DNA of 64,000 bases from an uncultured Clostridia bacterium (GTDB taxonomy: Bacteria > Bacillota > Clostridia > UBA1212), in contig CAMZBI010000001.1 in the NCBI GenBank assembly GCA_947304585.1, forward strand, positions 97,325 to 161,324, in the 5' to 3' direction. Shown piece after piece: positions 41,301 to 50,840 of this stretch (position 1 is the stretch's first letter; each line of letters opens with the position of its first letter). The notes under the pieces are model-generated. The model worked only from the letters and a program-made list of their open reading frames with translations, had not been told where the DNA came from and searched no databases. The translations under genes and the position numbers were made by a program.

Positions 41301-42582
41301 ACTGATGAACGTCTCCAAAAAAGAGGAGGAGCGCAAAGAAAAGCAGAGAGTCATTTACGTGGCCCTGACCCGGGCAAGGGAGAAACTGTTCGTGGTGGCT
41401 TCCCACAAGAGCAACGACGACATCGAGAGAAACGGCCCCCTCTCAAACGAACTGCCCCTGCCTGTTATGTCGACGTTGGCGTCAAAAGCATGTCTGACCG
41501 GTTTCGAGTTCATCTTGAAGGGCGCATTGGGTTCCCCTTCCTGGGATATCCGGGAGTACTCCGAAGACGAACTGCTGTTAATGGCCGGGAAAGAGGCCGG
41601 GTCAGATACCGAGGCCGCCGAAACACTTCCGGCCGAGGAGTCTGAAAAAGAAGAGCCGGCAAAAGAAGAGCCTTTAAAAGAGGCCCCCGCGGAAGAGACC
41701 GGGGCCGACGAGCCGGAGCACGATACCTTCGGCGAAAGCGTCAAGGCCATTGCCGATATCCTTGAGACCGCCAATGCGGGAGTCATGCCCGTCAAGATCT
41801 CCGTCTCCGCTCTGAAGCGCTATGCCGAAGAGGAGGGCGAAAACATTGGCGACAAAAACGTTTTCAGTCTGGAGGCAAGAGAATTTCCCTCGCCTTCGGG
41901 AGAAATGCCCGAAGGAGCAAAAACAAAGAGCGGGAAAAAGCCCAAAAAGCTGAAAGGCGCCGCTCTTGGCACCCTGATGCACAAGATCATGAAGATCGTT
42001 GTCGAGGACCGGGGGGCCTGGCCGGAGAGAGAAGCCGCCTCCATAAGAAACTACGTTGAGGAGACTCTGAAAAAGAATATCCATGACGAAACAGAGCTCC
42101 TTTCCGCGGACAGGGAGATGGTGGAAAGATTCCTCATGTCTGACCGGGCGGAGCAGATCCGGGGTGCGGAAAAGGTCCGGTGCGAGGTGCCCTTCACCTT
42201 CAAAACGGACATTGAGAGGTATCTGCCCTACATCGGGGCGGTAGGAACCCCTGCAAAGACCTCTGAAAAATCAGGCGAAGAGGCCGGGAAAGAGGCCGAA
42301 GGAGAGGCTCAAACTATTAAAAGTTCTTTAAAAAGAGCAAAATCAATTGCATTGCAGGGAGTCGTTGATTTATACTACAAATTCAGGGGTCGTATCTATG
42401 TTGTCGATTTTAAGACGGATAATGAGAAACGGGCGGCGGATCCTGCTGTAATAGAAGCGTACAAGCTTCAGTTGAGATGCTACCGGGACGCTCTTGAGAC
42501 GATATCAGGCAATAAAGTTGAAGAATGCCTGCTGTTTTTCCTGAAAAACGGCGAGGAAACAATAGTCGGGAGCGAAGACTGA
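38386..42582 (+). CDS. AddA/RexA-like UvrD-family helicase with a C-terminal PD-(D/E)xK nuclease domain; no AddB-like partner gene is adjacent.
   Basis: Walker A 'ISAAAGTGKTKTLV'. 'IYIDEYQDTS'. C-terminal 'VVDLYYKF...IYVVDFKTD' nuclease motif. 1398 aa. Confidence 0.65.
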   Translation: MTEDIKTEVLTGGVGSTPTPFSVPSVRDDSGDRQYVINANDGSGSNVLISAAAGTGKTKTLVDRIVEKTKKLPADRHIDSFAVVTFTRAAASELAVKIGKALEEAAEGLRKTGDTVLAEKLDREVYMLPKAMIGTIDAFCLEVVRKNFTAVESSIDSSFAIDDDIVDVIRKRAVETVLEEYYSKSADDPKGRTIRKILTACKAFRDDSELTSILLEICSFCDDLPDPKAWLEYGAGLFTVPDDIRDNDIYKALKKEYEEVLKECRDHLAAVIGHIDGHPEEYAAYAAETAKHREWFLGFKGGFEAELLRLESESEPFPALFNSLPVKSSKAPGSKIKADDPVMMAKQEHVRARLVAERETLRKYYKESYEAIVKPLLKDSKKKNDTVKEADLDPEKRSKVFREGIGELGEYVSLIAEIALKVYEKTLEDCAARKTFSFSAISHFALEILCGKKEGIGNDYDMALKLPATDVAKAYRRRFDEIYIDEYQDTSLLQEFILTLVSRTADSAYNYEHNMIMVGDVKQSIYAFRNTKPELMLAKIREYGKGNGGVLKTLSKNFRSRQPVLSGINDIFAKMMTANASDIDYANGGHVLAYGAVKRYSESSDGADALKERCELIFLPEKKTEKKENTDDQDNPGTEEAAPMKGPEREALFVACKIRELFEKGFTVSESYRDENNEEHFRPRPLRYGDICIIANNNKSLAAMSGGLGDYGLPSETFSTDAFFETPEIYDILNFVQIIDNPRNDVPLAAVLRSAFFGFNFEELTGIVAAANGVGKELKHADLWERIVAAAERSGGKDLEDAILTAELQVKIKETVEKIRELREFSENTGTSAFVWKLINFNGYYEKCGNSAKGNLRMFLDFSLPFDTGISGGFCSFVRNIVSRAETDAKKSDSQKLKGYAVASDDPDKIRFMTVHKSKGLEFPVVFYVATNVVGTDRPAAVRCDEKLGIGLTFSFEGDSGFKKIAETAPNILMNVSKKEEERKEKQRVIYVALTRAREKLFVVASHKSNDDIERNGPLSNELPLPVMSTLASKACLTGFEFILKGALGSPSWDIREYSEDELLLMAGKEAGSDTEAAETLPAEESEKEEPAKEEPLKEAPAEETGADEPEHDTFGESVKAIADILETANAGVMPVKISVSALKRYAEEEGENIGDKNVFSLEAREFPSPSGEMPEGAKTKSGKKPKKLKGAALGTLMHKIMKIVVEDRGAWPEREAASIRNYVEETLKKNIHDETELLSADREMVERFLMSDRAEQIRGAEKVRCEVPFTFKTDIERYLPYIGAVGTPAKTSEKSGEEAGKEAEGEAQTIKSSLKRAKSIALQGVVDLYYKFRGRIYVVDFKTDNEKRAADPAVIEAYKLQLRCYRDALETISGNKVEECLLFFLKNGEETIVGSED

Positions 42583-42631
42583 CGGCTGCCTCCGGGCAGG
42601 CGGCGGACCACCCCGATCAGAAGGAGTTTTT

Positions 42632-43642
42632 ATGAAATTACGCGGAAGATTCTCTAAAGCTTTAGCAGGCGGCTGCCTTTTGCTGGCCCTCTGCCTGTTT
42701 TTATGCAGCTGCGGACTTTTTAACTACGGCGAAAAAGAAGACGTGGTGGCTCTCAGCACTCCGATAAAAGTGGAGTACAAGATGTACCAGGTCATCAGGG
42801 GCGACATCAAAAGGGAACTTACGGGCACCTGCTCCGTCACGTCCTTCGGCGCGGTCAAGTATTCGTTCAGCGTCGGCGGATATGCCCTTGAAGGCTATTC
42901 GGTAAGGTCCGGACAGGCGGTCAAGAAGGGCGACGTGCTTGCCACCATGAAAGTGGACGCGGCGGTCCAGAGGATCGAAGAGATCGACCGGGAACTGGAT
43001 GCAGGCGGACTTAACAGCCTTGCCAAGAGGGTCCTTCAGGCGGAGCGGTCCTACATGGAGAAGGTGGTTGCCGACAAGGAGATCGTTTCCACCGTGGACG
43101 GCACCGTCAGATATATAAACACCAAGTTCACCATCGGAAGAGATCAGAACGTTGAGATCACTCCCGGTGAGATCATGGTGGTGGTGGATCCGGAGATCAT
43201 GAGCGATGCCCAGGGTGTTATGATACTTGAGTCCAGCGTTGCCAAAAAGTACACCATCGGTCTTCACTCCGACGTCACACTGACCACCTCCTCTGCAGCT
43301 TCCGCCGACAGAAAGTCATTCCACGGAAAGATCGTTGGCGCCTCAAACAGCGTGACCTGGGATTCCGATACGATCACTTACTACATCGACCTCAGCGAGG
43401 CTCCAGAGGGCATCAAGGTTGGCGACAGGCTGTCCGTCCGGTTTGAAGAGGACAACCAGGCCATTGGCGTGCTCAAGATCCCCACTTCGGCCCTGTACTC
43501 CTTCGAGGGCAGAAATTTTGTTTACGTCCTTGACTCTCAGGGTCTCAGACGGGAGTGCTACGTTGAAATAGGCATTTCCGACGATTCATTTGTGGAGATC
43601 AAAGCGGGACTTGAAGCCGGACAGCAGATAGTCCAATACTGA
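42632..43642 (+). CDS. Efflux membrane-fusion (HlyD-family periplasmic adaptor-like) lipoprotein.
   Basis: Signal peptide with 'LCSCG' lipobox. Coiled-coil/beta-barrel adaptor-like sequence. First gene of the ABC efflux operon. RBS AAGGAG. Confidence 0.5.
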   Translation: MKLRGRFSKALAGGCLLLALCLFLCSCGLFNYGEKEDVVALSTPIKVEYKMYQVIRGDIKRELTGTCSVTSFGAVKYSFSVGGYALEGYSVRSGQAVKKGDVLATMKVDAAVQRIEEIDRELDAGGLNSLAKRVLQAERSYMEKVVADKEIVSTVDGTVRYINTKFTIGRDQNVEITPGEIMVVVDPEIMSDAQGVMILESSVAKKYTIGLHSDVTLTTSSAASADRKSFHGKIVGASNSVTWDSDTITYYIDLSEAPEGIKVGDRLSVRFEEDNQAIGVLKIPTSALYSFEGRNFVYVLDSQGLRRECYVEIGISDDSFVEIKAGLEAGQQIVQY

Positions 43643-43736
43643 TAAAACGGTCTTCCGGAAACCTGCTTTCCCGGGATGAAACGCATGTTCGGCGCCCCGG
43701 AGCAGGAATAAACACATTGCAAAACGAAAAAGAACA

Positions 43737-46607
43737 ATGATCAAGTCGGTTATAAGCAAAATAAAAAACAACATATGGATGTTCATATGCCTCATCGTGG
43801 GATCGCTTCTGATCACCGGGGTGCTGGCATGCATTCCTATGTACACAATGGGTACCCTGCGGCAGATGCTATCCACCGAGATGAAGGCATACGAGCGGGA
43901 GAACGGAAAACCCTCCGGACAGATGTATTTCACCGGTAAAGTTCCCGTCCAGTCCTTCGGCGCCTCCAGAGGAAACAAGGAGCTGGAGATGGAGAGCAAA
44001 GTCTTCGACGGTCTCGAGGGCACTGCGGTCAGCGTGTACAACTCCTACACCCAGTTTTACGTGGGCACTCTTTCGGTGGAAAGGACCGGTAAAACCTTCA
44101 ATTTCTCCACCGCCTGGAGCATCAGCACGGTCACGGATCTTCTTGACAACGTCACCATCATCGAAGGGCGCGAGTTCTCCGAGAACCTTGAGGGGGACGT
44201 CATTGAAGTAATTGTGGAGAAGAGCGTCTGGGAGGAGCAGAAGAACGCGGAGCTTGGCGGAATCTACAACATGTCCAGGGACGGTCTCTACGTCAAGGTG
44301 ATGCCCGTTGGCGTGTTCGAGGTCAACGACGAAAGCTCCGCCTTTTGGTACGACAACGGAAAGCTCTTTACCGAAAACGTTTTCTGCGCAAGGGAGGCCT
44401 TCAAGCAGAGCTTCTTCACCGGCGCCAAGGCAGAACTCCTCACCGGAGCCAATATCTACGTGAACCTTGACTTCTCAAAGGCCGGCATCGACAATCTCTC
44501 CTCATTTATCGCCTACTACCAGCAGCTCTACTCCTACATGAAAGAGCTTGGCACCGGCCGCGGAAGCCTTTCCCTCAACTCGGTCAAACTGATCAACGCC
44601 TACCTCCGCCGCACCACCCAGATGCAGATGTCTCTCTGGGTGCTCAACGTGCCGGTCATCGCGATGCTGGCGTTCTACATGATCATGGTCACACGTATGA
44701 TTATTGAGGAGGACAGGAACGAGATCTCCACTTTCAAGAGCAGAGGCGCCAAGACCTCTCAGATATTCCTGCGCTACGTGATCGAGAGCGGCTTCATATC
44801 CGTGTTTGCAATAGTATTCGGCCCCTTGCTGGGATTCTTATTGGCCAAGACCGTCGGCAACGCCAGCGGCTTTCTGGAGTTCAAGGCCAGGGAGATCATG
44901 CCCGTTAAGATTACCGGAATGGCCTACGTTTACGCAATAATCGCCTGCGTGTTCTTCTCAGCCCTGATCCTTGTGCCGGCCCTCATGGCCACCAGAGGAA
45001 CCATAGTGAACCTCAAACAGAAGCGGGCCAGAAAGAGCCGCCTGGCCTGGTGGGAAAAGGCCTGTGTGGACATCATCTGCCTTGCCATCTCCATCGGTCT
45101 CCTCATCATCTACCGGAGGACCAACGGCTTCAACTACGACGGCACCGTGGACCCTATTGTCTACGTGATCTCTTCGCTGTTCATTCTTGGCTGCGGTCTC
45201 CTCTTCCTGAGGATCTATCCTTTCATCATAGCCATCATTTTCAAGATCACCAAGAGAGTCCTGCCACCCTCGGGCTACGCAGCCTTCGTGCAGGTCTCAA
45301 GAGGCGGCAACGACTACCGCTTCCTGATGCTCTTCCTGGTGATGACCATCAGCGTCGGAATCTACAGCTCAGCCTCGGCCCGTATCATCAACAACAACGT
45401 GGAAAACACCGTGAAGTTCACCTATGGAGCCGACGCCATCGTCCATCCGGATTTTTCCGAGTACGCCCCCTACATCTACAGGAGCGACGGCACCCGGGTG
45501 TTCGTGCCGGATTCCTACAGAGCATTCCCCATTGAGGAATATGAGAACAACGAGTACGTTAAGGCGGTCTCCAGAGTCGAGCACTGCGGCGACGTGTATG
45601 CCTTTGACAAGTCCGGCAGGCCCCACCAGGACTTCAGCCTCATGGCCGTTGACCCCTACGAATACGGACAGATCGGCTGGTGCGGCACTTCCCTCAACGG
45701 GGTGTCCTACAACGAACTCATAAACGCTATGGAGCTTTCACCAATGGCTGTCATCATTTCGGAGGCCGCGGCGGTGGAACTTGACGTAAAGCCCGGCGAC
45801 ACCATCTCCCTGGAGATCAACGGAAGCAACCAGAATTCCGGCGAAAACTGGAAATCCATGGCCTGCTTCGTGGCGGCGGTTGTGAAATATTGGCCAACCA
45901 TGGGCGACGGCTCAAACACTGAGACAAAGATCTACAACGAAAAAGACGAGCTGGTCCGCACGATCAACTCCGGCAACCGCTACGTCATAATGAATTACGA
46001 GTACCTCTACTCCGTGAGAAGCACCAACGAGTTTGATCTCTACATCGCCCTCACAGACTCCGCAAAGAAGGGCTACGATAAGTTCGTTGACCAGGCCTAC
46101 GACTCGGGCCTCATCGAGGATGAGAGCCAGATCCTTCTGTACCGTCCCGACATCATGGAACAGGCCAAGAGCGACTCCATGCTGAGAGGCCTCAACGGTT
46201 CCTACTCCATCGGCTTCGTGTCAACTCTTACGGTGTCCTTCGTGGGCTTCCTCATCTACTGGCTGATGAACGTCAGGAACAGAAGGCTCCAGTTCGGCAT
46301 CCTCAGGGCCATGGGTCTTACCAAGGGCAAACTCACGGCAATGCTCATAATCGAGCATCTTCTGACCACCGGCGTCTCGGTATTGGCGGGCGTTCTCATT
46401 GGCGCCGTTACCGTGCGAATCTATGCGCCGCTCCTCAAGATCGCCTACACCGGCAGTGCGCTGCCCCTTGAGATAGTGTTCAACAGAGGCGACAACCTGA
46501 GGATCTACGCCGTCGTATTGGCGATGCTCATTTCGGGAATCGTGGTATTGTCCATGTTCATCAGGAAACTGAAGATCAATGAGGCAGTGAAGATCGGAGA
46601 GGAGTGA
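43737..46607 (+). CDS. FtsX/MacB-family ABC transporter permease with two FtsX domains.
   Basis: 956 aa with two sets of about 4 TM helices separated by large extracytoplasmic domains; typical of MacB-like permeases. Confidence 0.65.
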   Translation: MIKSVISKIKNNIWMFICLIVGSLLITGVLACIPMYTMGTLRQMLSTEMKAYERENGKPSGQMYFTGKVPVQSFGASRGNKELEMESKVFDGLEGTAVSVYNSYTQFYVGTLSVERTGKTFNFSTAWSISTVTDLLDNVTIIEGREFSENLEGDVIEVIVEKSVWEEQKNAELGGIYNMSRDGLYVKVMPVGVFEVNDESSAFWYDNGKLFTENVFCAREAFKQSFFTGAKAELLTGANIYVNLDFSKAGIDNLSSFIAYYQQLYSYMKELGTGRGSLSLNSVKLINAYLRRTTQMQMSLWVLNVPVIAMLAFYMIMVTRMIIEEDRNEISTFKSRGAKTSQIFLRYVIESGFISVFAIVFGPLLGFLLAKTVGNASGFLEFKAREIMPVKITGMAYVYAIIACVFFSALILVPALMATRGTIVNLKQKRARKSRLAWWEKACVDIICLAISIGLLIIYRRTNGFNYDGTVDPIVYVISSLFILGCGLLFLRIYPFIIAIIFKITKRVLPPSGYAAFVQVSRGGNDYRFLMLFLVMTISVGIYSSASARIINNNVENTVKFTYGADAIVHPDFSEYAPYIYRSDGTRVFVPDSYRAFPIEEYENNEYVKAVSRVEHCGDVYAFDKSGRPHQDFSLMAVDPYEYGQIGWCGTSLNGVSYNELINAMELSPMAVIISEAAAVELDVKPGDTISLEINGSNQNSGENWKSMACFVAAVVKYWPTMGDGSNTETKIYNEKDELVRTINSGNRYVIMNYEYLYSVRSTNEFDLYIALTDSAKKGYDKFVDQAYDSGLIEDESQILLYRPDIMEQAKSDSMLRGLNGSYSIGFVSTLTVSFVGFLIYWLMNVRNRRLQFGILRAMGLTKGKLTAMLIIEHLLTTGVSVLAGVLIGAVTVRIYAPLLKIAYTGSALPLEIVFNRGDNLRIYAVVLAMLISGIVVLSMFIRKLKINEAVKIGEE

Positions 46608-46613
46608 TCCGGG

Positions 46614-47492
46614 ATGAAAAAGAGAAAAAAGGATATTGATACTTTCGAAGAAGACGCCAATGCAATGACCCCGGAAGAACATGCCGGAAGCGCCGCCGAA
46701 TTTGAGGAAAACCCTGCGACCGTCGAAAACCCTGCGGAAAGCACCGCTGAAGGCGAAAATGAAGCGACTGCGACCCCTCCGAAAAAGAAAAGCGACGAAG
46801 TGCTCATTGACGTTGACCACGTGACCAGGGAGTTTTACCGGAAGGACCAGAAGATCGTTGCCGTGGACGACGTGTCCATGAAGATCAAAAAGGGCAGCTT
46901 CGTGATCCTCTGCGGAAAGTCCGGCTCGGGAAAGACCACGCTCCTGAATATCATCGCCGCCATAGACATGCCCACCAAAGGCGAGGTGTCCTTTGAGGGA
47001 AAGAGCTACGCGAAAATGAACGACAACGGCCGGGACAACCTCCGCCGGGTGAACATGGGCATAGTGTTCCAGAACACCGCCTTAATGGCCAATATGAGCG
47101 CCATCGAGAACGTGGAATTCGCTCTCTCCATCGCGGGCTACCACTCGGAGAAGCGCCGCAAAGGCTCCATCAAATGGCTGGAGCGGATGGGCATCCGGGA
47201 CCGCAGAAATCACATGCCCGCCGAGATGTCGGGAGGAGAACAGGCCAGAGTCGCCATCGGAAGGGCCCTTGCCCACTCCCCGAAACTGCTGCTTGCCGAC
47301 GAGCCCACCTCGGAGCTCGACACCAAGACTTCATTCGAAGTCGTTAAAATGTTCAGGGAACTTGTGGACAACGAGGACCTGACCATCGTCATGACGACCC
47401 ACGACGTCAACATCATGGGCGTTGCCGACGTGATCTATACTTTGGAAGACGGGAGGATAGCCGATGTCCGCGAAAATCAAAAGCTTGGCTGA
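46614..47492 (+). CDS. ABC transporter ATP-binding protein with an acidic N-terminal extension.
   Basis: Walker A 'GKSGSGKTTLLN'. Signature 'MSGGEQARVAIGRAL'. Walker B 'LLLADEPTS'. Confidence 0.75.
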   Translation: MKKRKKDIDTFEEDANAMTPEEHAGSAAEFEENPATVENPAESTAEGENEATATPPKKKSDEVLIDVDHVTREFYRKDQKIVAVDDVSMKIKKGSFVILCGKSGSGKTTLLNIIAAIDMPTKGEVSFEGKSYAKMNDNGRDNLRRVNMGIVFQNTALMANMSAIENVEFALSIAGYHSEKRRKGSIKWLERMGIRDRRNHMPAEMSGGEQARVAIGRALAHSPKLLLADEPTSELDTKTSFEVVKMFRELVDNEDLTIVMTTHDVNIMGVADVIYTLEDGRIADVRENQKLG

Positions 47493-48447
47493 ACTTACAT
47501 ACGGCAAGGACGACTACCAGCAGGGCTTCAGACCTCCTGAGGACGCGATCGTCTACTGCGAAAACCTCATAAAACTCTACAAGATCGGCGAGATAGAGGT
47601 CATGGCTCTCCAGGGCCTGGACCTGATGATCGAAAAGGGCGAGTTTATCGCAATTATAGGAAACTCCGGCTCCGGAAAATCAACGCTTCTGAACGCCATT
47701 GGCGGACTTGACCGGCCCACCGCCGGCAGGATCTACGTCAACGGCATCAACCTCCTGAAGCTTGACCAGAAGCAAATGAGCCGCTACATGCGTGAGACCG
47801 TTGGCTTCGTGTGGCAGAACACCGCCAGGAACATGGTACCCTACCTCACCGCCATCGAAAACGTGAAGCTGATCATGCAGCTGGCAGGGAAGGTGGACGA
47901 CGCCCGGGCCCGGATGCTCCTTGACGAGGTTGGCCTCCACGACCGCATGAACAGCAAAATGTTCGAGCTCTCCGGCGGCGAACAGCAGCGTGTGGCCATC
48001 GCCATCGCCCTTGCCAACAACCCGCCGATCCTCCTTGCGGACGAGCCCACCGGCGCCGTTGACACCAAGACCACTGCCCAGATCATGGACCTCTTTACAA
48101 GGCTCAACAAGGAACTGGGCGTCACCATCATCGTTGTGACCCACGACCGGCAGCTCTCCCACATGGTCCCCCGCGTTGTCACGATAAGCGACGGCCGTAT
48201 CGGAACCGAGTTCATCCGCACCACCGAGATGAGCCACAGCAACGAGGAAATGCTCAACGCCACCGCCGGCCACGACTCGGGCACCCACACCGAGTTCGCC
48301 TTCATTGACGGCCGCCACAGGATATTCATTCCCGAAAGCTACCTCGCCAAGGCCGGCATCACCCCCCGCAGCAAGGTTGGCATCTCCATGGACGGCGAAA
48401 AGATCATCTTGGAGAAACTCAAGGTGGAAGAGGACGGAAAGGGCTGA
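47464..48447 (+). CDS. ABC transporter ATP-binding protein (second ATPase).
   Basis: Walker A '[12 protein letters not shown]'. '[15 protein letters not shown]'. '[12 protein letters not shown]'. Overlaps the previous gene by 29 nt. Confidence 0.75.
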   Translation: MSAKIKSLAELTYGKDDYQQGFRPPEDAIVYCENLIKLYKIGEIEVMALQGLDLMIEKGEFIAIIGNSGSGKSTLLNAIGGLDRPTAGRIYVNGINLLKLDQKQMSRYMRETVGFVWQNTARNMVPYLTAIENVKLIMQLAGKVDDARARMLLDEVGLHDRMNSKMFELSGGEQQRVAIAIALANNPPILLADEPTGAVDTKTTAQIMDLFTRLNKELGVTIIVVTHDRQLSHMVPRVVTISDGRIGTEFIRTTEMSHSNEEMLNATAGHDSGTHTEFAFIDGRHRIFIPESYLAKAGITPRSKVGISMDGEKIILEKLKVEEDGKG

Positions 48448-48707
48448 AGGGTTTAGAAAGATTGAGTCTTTTGCCAATGCAATTGCCAATGCAGGGATCG
48501 TGAGACGCCAATGCAGGTGCCAATGCAGGGGCCATGAGACGCTAACGATTCGGTACCCCGGCAGACACAGGTCAAACACAAAAAGTCTTTGACAGATGAA
48601 GCCTCCGTTAACTCGGGGGCTTTGGCAATTCAAGGCCGGAGACTATCTAAAGCCAAGCGCATATAATGCGCAGCCCCGCACGCACGCCAAATAGCCAAAA
48701 AAAGTGC

Positions 48708-48737
48708 TTGACAACCGTCCTGCTGCGGAAGTATAAT
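48708..48737 (+). promoter_or_regulatory. Sigma-A-type promoter for tRNA-Lys.
   Basis: TTGACA - 18 nt - TATAAT, ending about 21 nt upstream of the tRNA 5' end. Confidence 0.55.
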
Positions 48738-48758
48738 AGCACGCGTCGCGTGAAACAC

Positions 48759-48831
48759 GCACCTTTAGCTCAGCTGGTAGAGCAACTGACTCTTAATCAG
48801 TGGGCCCAGGGTTCGAGTCCCTGAAGGTGCA
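48759..48831 (+). tRNA. tRNA-Lys (anticodon CTT); integration target of the downstream island.
   Basis: Acceptor stem GCACCTT/AAGGTGC 7 bp. D-arm GCTC/GAGC. Anticodon stem ACTGA/TCAGT with loop CTCTTAA. T-arm CAGGG-TTCGAGT-CCCTG. Discriminator A. No encoded CCA. Confidence 0.8.
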
Positions 48832-48889
48832 GGGTGCGCAGACAACGAGGAGCAACCGTTTGGCTAGCTCCTCTTTTTCGTGTTTAAAG

Positions 48890-49100
48890 CGCACCTGATG
48901 GGACTCGAACCCGTCACAAAGGGGTCCCCGAAAGTGCTCGCACTTTTGGGGAGAAGGAGCCGCAACGACGGAAATGGAGTCTTTCAAGGGATAGCTATTA
49001 AAACTTCTTGGAAGACGGAATCGTCGGCGTTCGCGGCGACGAGAACCCGTCACAAAGGGGTCCCCGAAAGTGCTCGCACTTTTGGGGAGAAGGAGGCGCA
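48890..49100. repeat. Two ~55-bp direct repeats (48907-48960 and 49043-49096) containing a tRNA-like T-arm/acceptor fragment in inverted orientation.
   Basis: 'gaacccgtcacaaaggggtccccgaaagtgctcgcacttttggggagaaggag' occurs twice. The reverse complement contains GGGTTCGAGTCCC + AGGTGCGC but no matching 5' acceptor half. Confidence 0.5.
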
Positions 49101-49177
49101 GCGGAGCGGGCGATGTCATCCGGATAATGTTTTATTTAGCCATTGATGACGAGCAGGCGCAGCTTGCGCTGACGCAG

Positions 49178-49195
49178 TCCCTGAAGGTGCACTCA
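49178..49195 (+). repeat. att core copy 1 (duplicate of the tRNA-Lys 3' end, CCCTGAAGGTGCA).
   Basis: Match to tRNA positions 48818-48831. Followed by the same 'ctcacgtgaaataacaaatg' junction seen at 53831. Confidence 0.6.
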
Positions 49196-49275
49196 CGTGA
49201 AATAACAAATGCTAAGAGGCATTGGCGTTAAGCTTCCGACAGTTGGCGAGATAATCAACTTCTTCTGCTCCGGCA
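49196..49275 (+). pseudogene. Short degraded remnant of a tyrosine-integrase C-terminus (copy 1).
   Basis: 'ctcacgtgaaataacaaatgctaagaggcattggcgttaagcttccgacagttggcga' is homologous to the start of the 53839 integrase fragment (...IKLPTVGD...). Confidence 0.45.
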
Positions 49276-49405
49276 TCGGAAGATTAAGGCCTTCATTTCT
49301 GTTCCTTTCAAAGTGACATCCAAAGTGACACCGGGGATGACATTATTGTCACGTTGAAGCTGAGGCCGCTCAACTGATGGGCGGCCTTCTTCCGGATTGT
49401 TGCGG

Positions 49406-50761
49406 TTATTTCAGCACGTCAATGTCTATTTTATAGATCATCTCTCCGCTTTCCTTTTCTTTCGTCAAAAACATCAGCATGTAAATTGGCAGATATATCA
49501 CACGACCGATCTGCTCGACGTTGCCGTTGTTGAATACGTAAGCTGCCGGGATATTGTAATCATCGTTTGCCATCACGTTTGAAAGCGCTGCGTGCTTTTT
49601 ATAATCCTTGCCGGATTTGACCTCGATGGGCAGGACTTCCCCGTCATTTTCAACAATGAAATCCAGTTCGCCCTGCTTTTTGCTTTTGAAATAATACAGG
49701 TCAAAGCCGTGCGCTTTGAGTTCCTGGGCGACGGCGTTTTCATAGATCGCTCCGAAATTGATATCCTTCTCGTGATTCAGAATCTTGACCTGTATATTGT
49801 TCATGTAGGAGGATGCAAGCAAGCCGACGTCCGACAGAAACAGCTTGAAAAGATTGGTGGCTTTTGAAATCTTTAAAGGTACGTGCGGTTCGCTTGCGCA
49901 GAATGTCGGCAGGGCGACGCCGGCTTCCTTGAGCCATATAAAGCTGTTTTCATACCTTGAAAACTTCAGATTTTCATTGAGGTTTTTCAGGATGAACCGC
50001 TTATTTTGGGAATTAAGCTCGCTCGGTATCAGATCGAAGATATCCTCGATATACAGCTTATGATCCGGATCGTACTGGCTGATGTCCATTTTGTAGAGCT
50101 CCATAATGGATCTTTGTTCGCGAAGTACCTCGCTGAGATTGTTCGTTTTCAAATACTTCTCGACCGCTGCCGGCATTCCCCCGACAATGAGGTATAACTC
50201 AAACAGCGACATCATTTTATTGTGAACGACCGGATCGACAAGTTTACGGTTTATAAAAGCATCTCTAAGTGAATCGATGATCAGGCTTGAAACCCCGTTT
50301 GCCCGTGCGAATTCTTCAAAATCCATAGGATACATCTCCGCAATATCCATGTATCCAACGGGAACGGACCGGAGATTCTTTAGTTCGACGCCAAGCATGG
50401 ATCCGCTCAGAATATAGCGGTAGCTGTTGTCCTCGACCAAAAATTTGATCGCTGTTACAATTTCCTTCGCAGCCTGTATCTCGTCGAAAAAGATGAGTGT
50501 TTCACCGGGAATCATGTTTTCTCCCGTAATCGCGGACAGGCGCATCAGCAGGTCTTTGCTGCCGGTTGCGTTCTCAAACAGAGACTGAGCGTCCTTATTC
50601 TCAAGAAAGTTGATCTCTACAAAGTTCTCATAATGAGATCTCCCGAATGCGCGGATGCTATAGGTCTTTCCGACCTGACGTGCTCCGGTTATCAGTAACG
50701 CCTTATTTGTCTCTGAACTATAGAATCTTTCCAGATCCTTGTCGATCTTTCGTATAATCAT
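49406..50761 (-). CDS. AAA+ ATPase of the AAA_14 + DUF4143 family (island copy).
   Basis: Walker A 'ITGARQVGKTYS'. Same architecture as the 10775-12067 product. Low GC. Confidence 0.7.
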   Translation of the reverse strand: MIIRKIDKDLERFYSSETNKALLITGARQVGKTYSIRAFGRSHYENFVEINFLENKDAQSLFENATGSKDLLMRLSAITGENMIPGETLIFFDEIQAAKEIVTAIKFLVEDNSYRYILSGSMLGVELKNLRSVPVGYMDIAEMYPMDFEEFARANGVSSLIIDSLRDAFINRKLVDPVVHNKMMSLFELYLIVGGMPAAVEKYLKTNNLSEVLREQRSIMELYKMDISQYDPDHKLYIEDIFDLIPSELNSQNKRFILKNLNENLKFSRYENSFIWLKEAGVALPTFCASEPHVPLKISKATNLFKLFLSDVGLLASSYMNNIQVKILNHEKDINFGAIYENAVAQELKAHGFDLYYFKSKKQGELDFIVENDGEVLPIEVKSGKDYKKHAALSNVMANDDYNIPAAYVFNNGNVEQIGRVIYLPIYMLMFLTKEKESGEMIYKIDIDVLK

Positions 50762-50840
50762 TCTAACACCCCGCTTTTTATATCTCTTCGTTGCTATTAT
50801 GCCACAGCGTGTCCGCTTTTACAACCCCCAAAAGCGTATT

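Noticed and set aside
48890-49100. Possible second tRNA gene on the minus strand (GGGTTCGAGTCCC...AGGTGCGC).
   Set aside because: Only a T-arm/acceptor-3' half is present. The required 5' acceptor strand (GCGCACCT) is missing and the fragment is duplicated about 135 bp apart, so it is a tRNA-derived remnant or repeat and not a gene.
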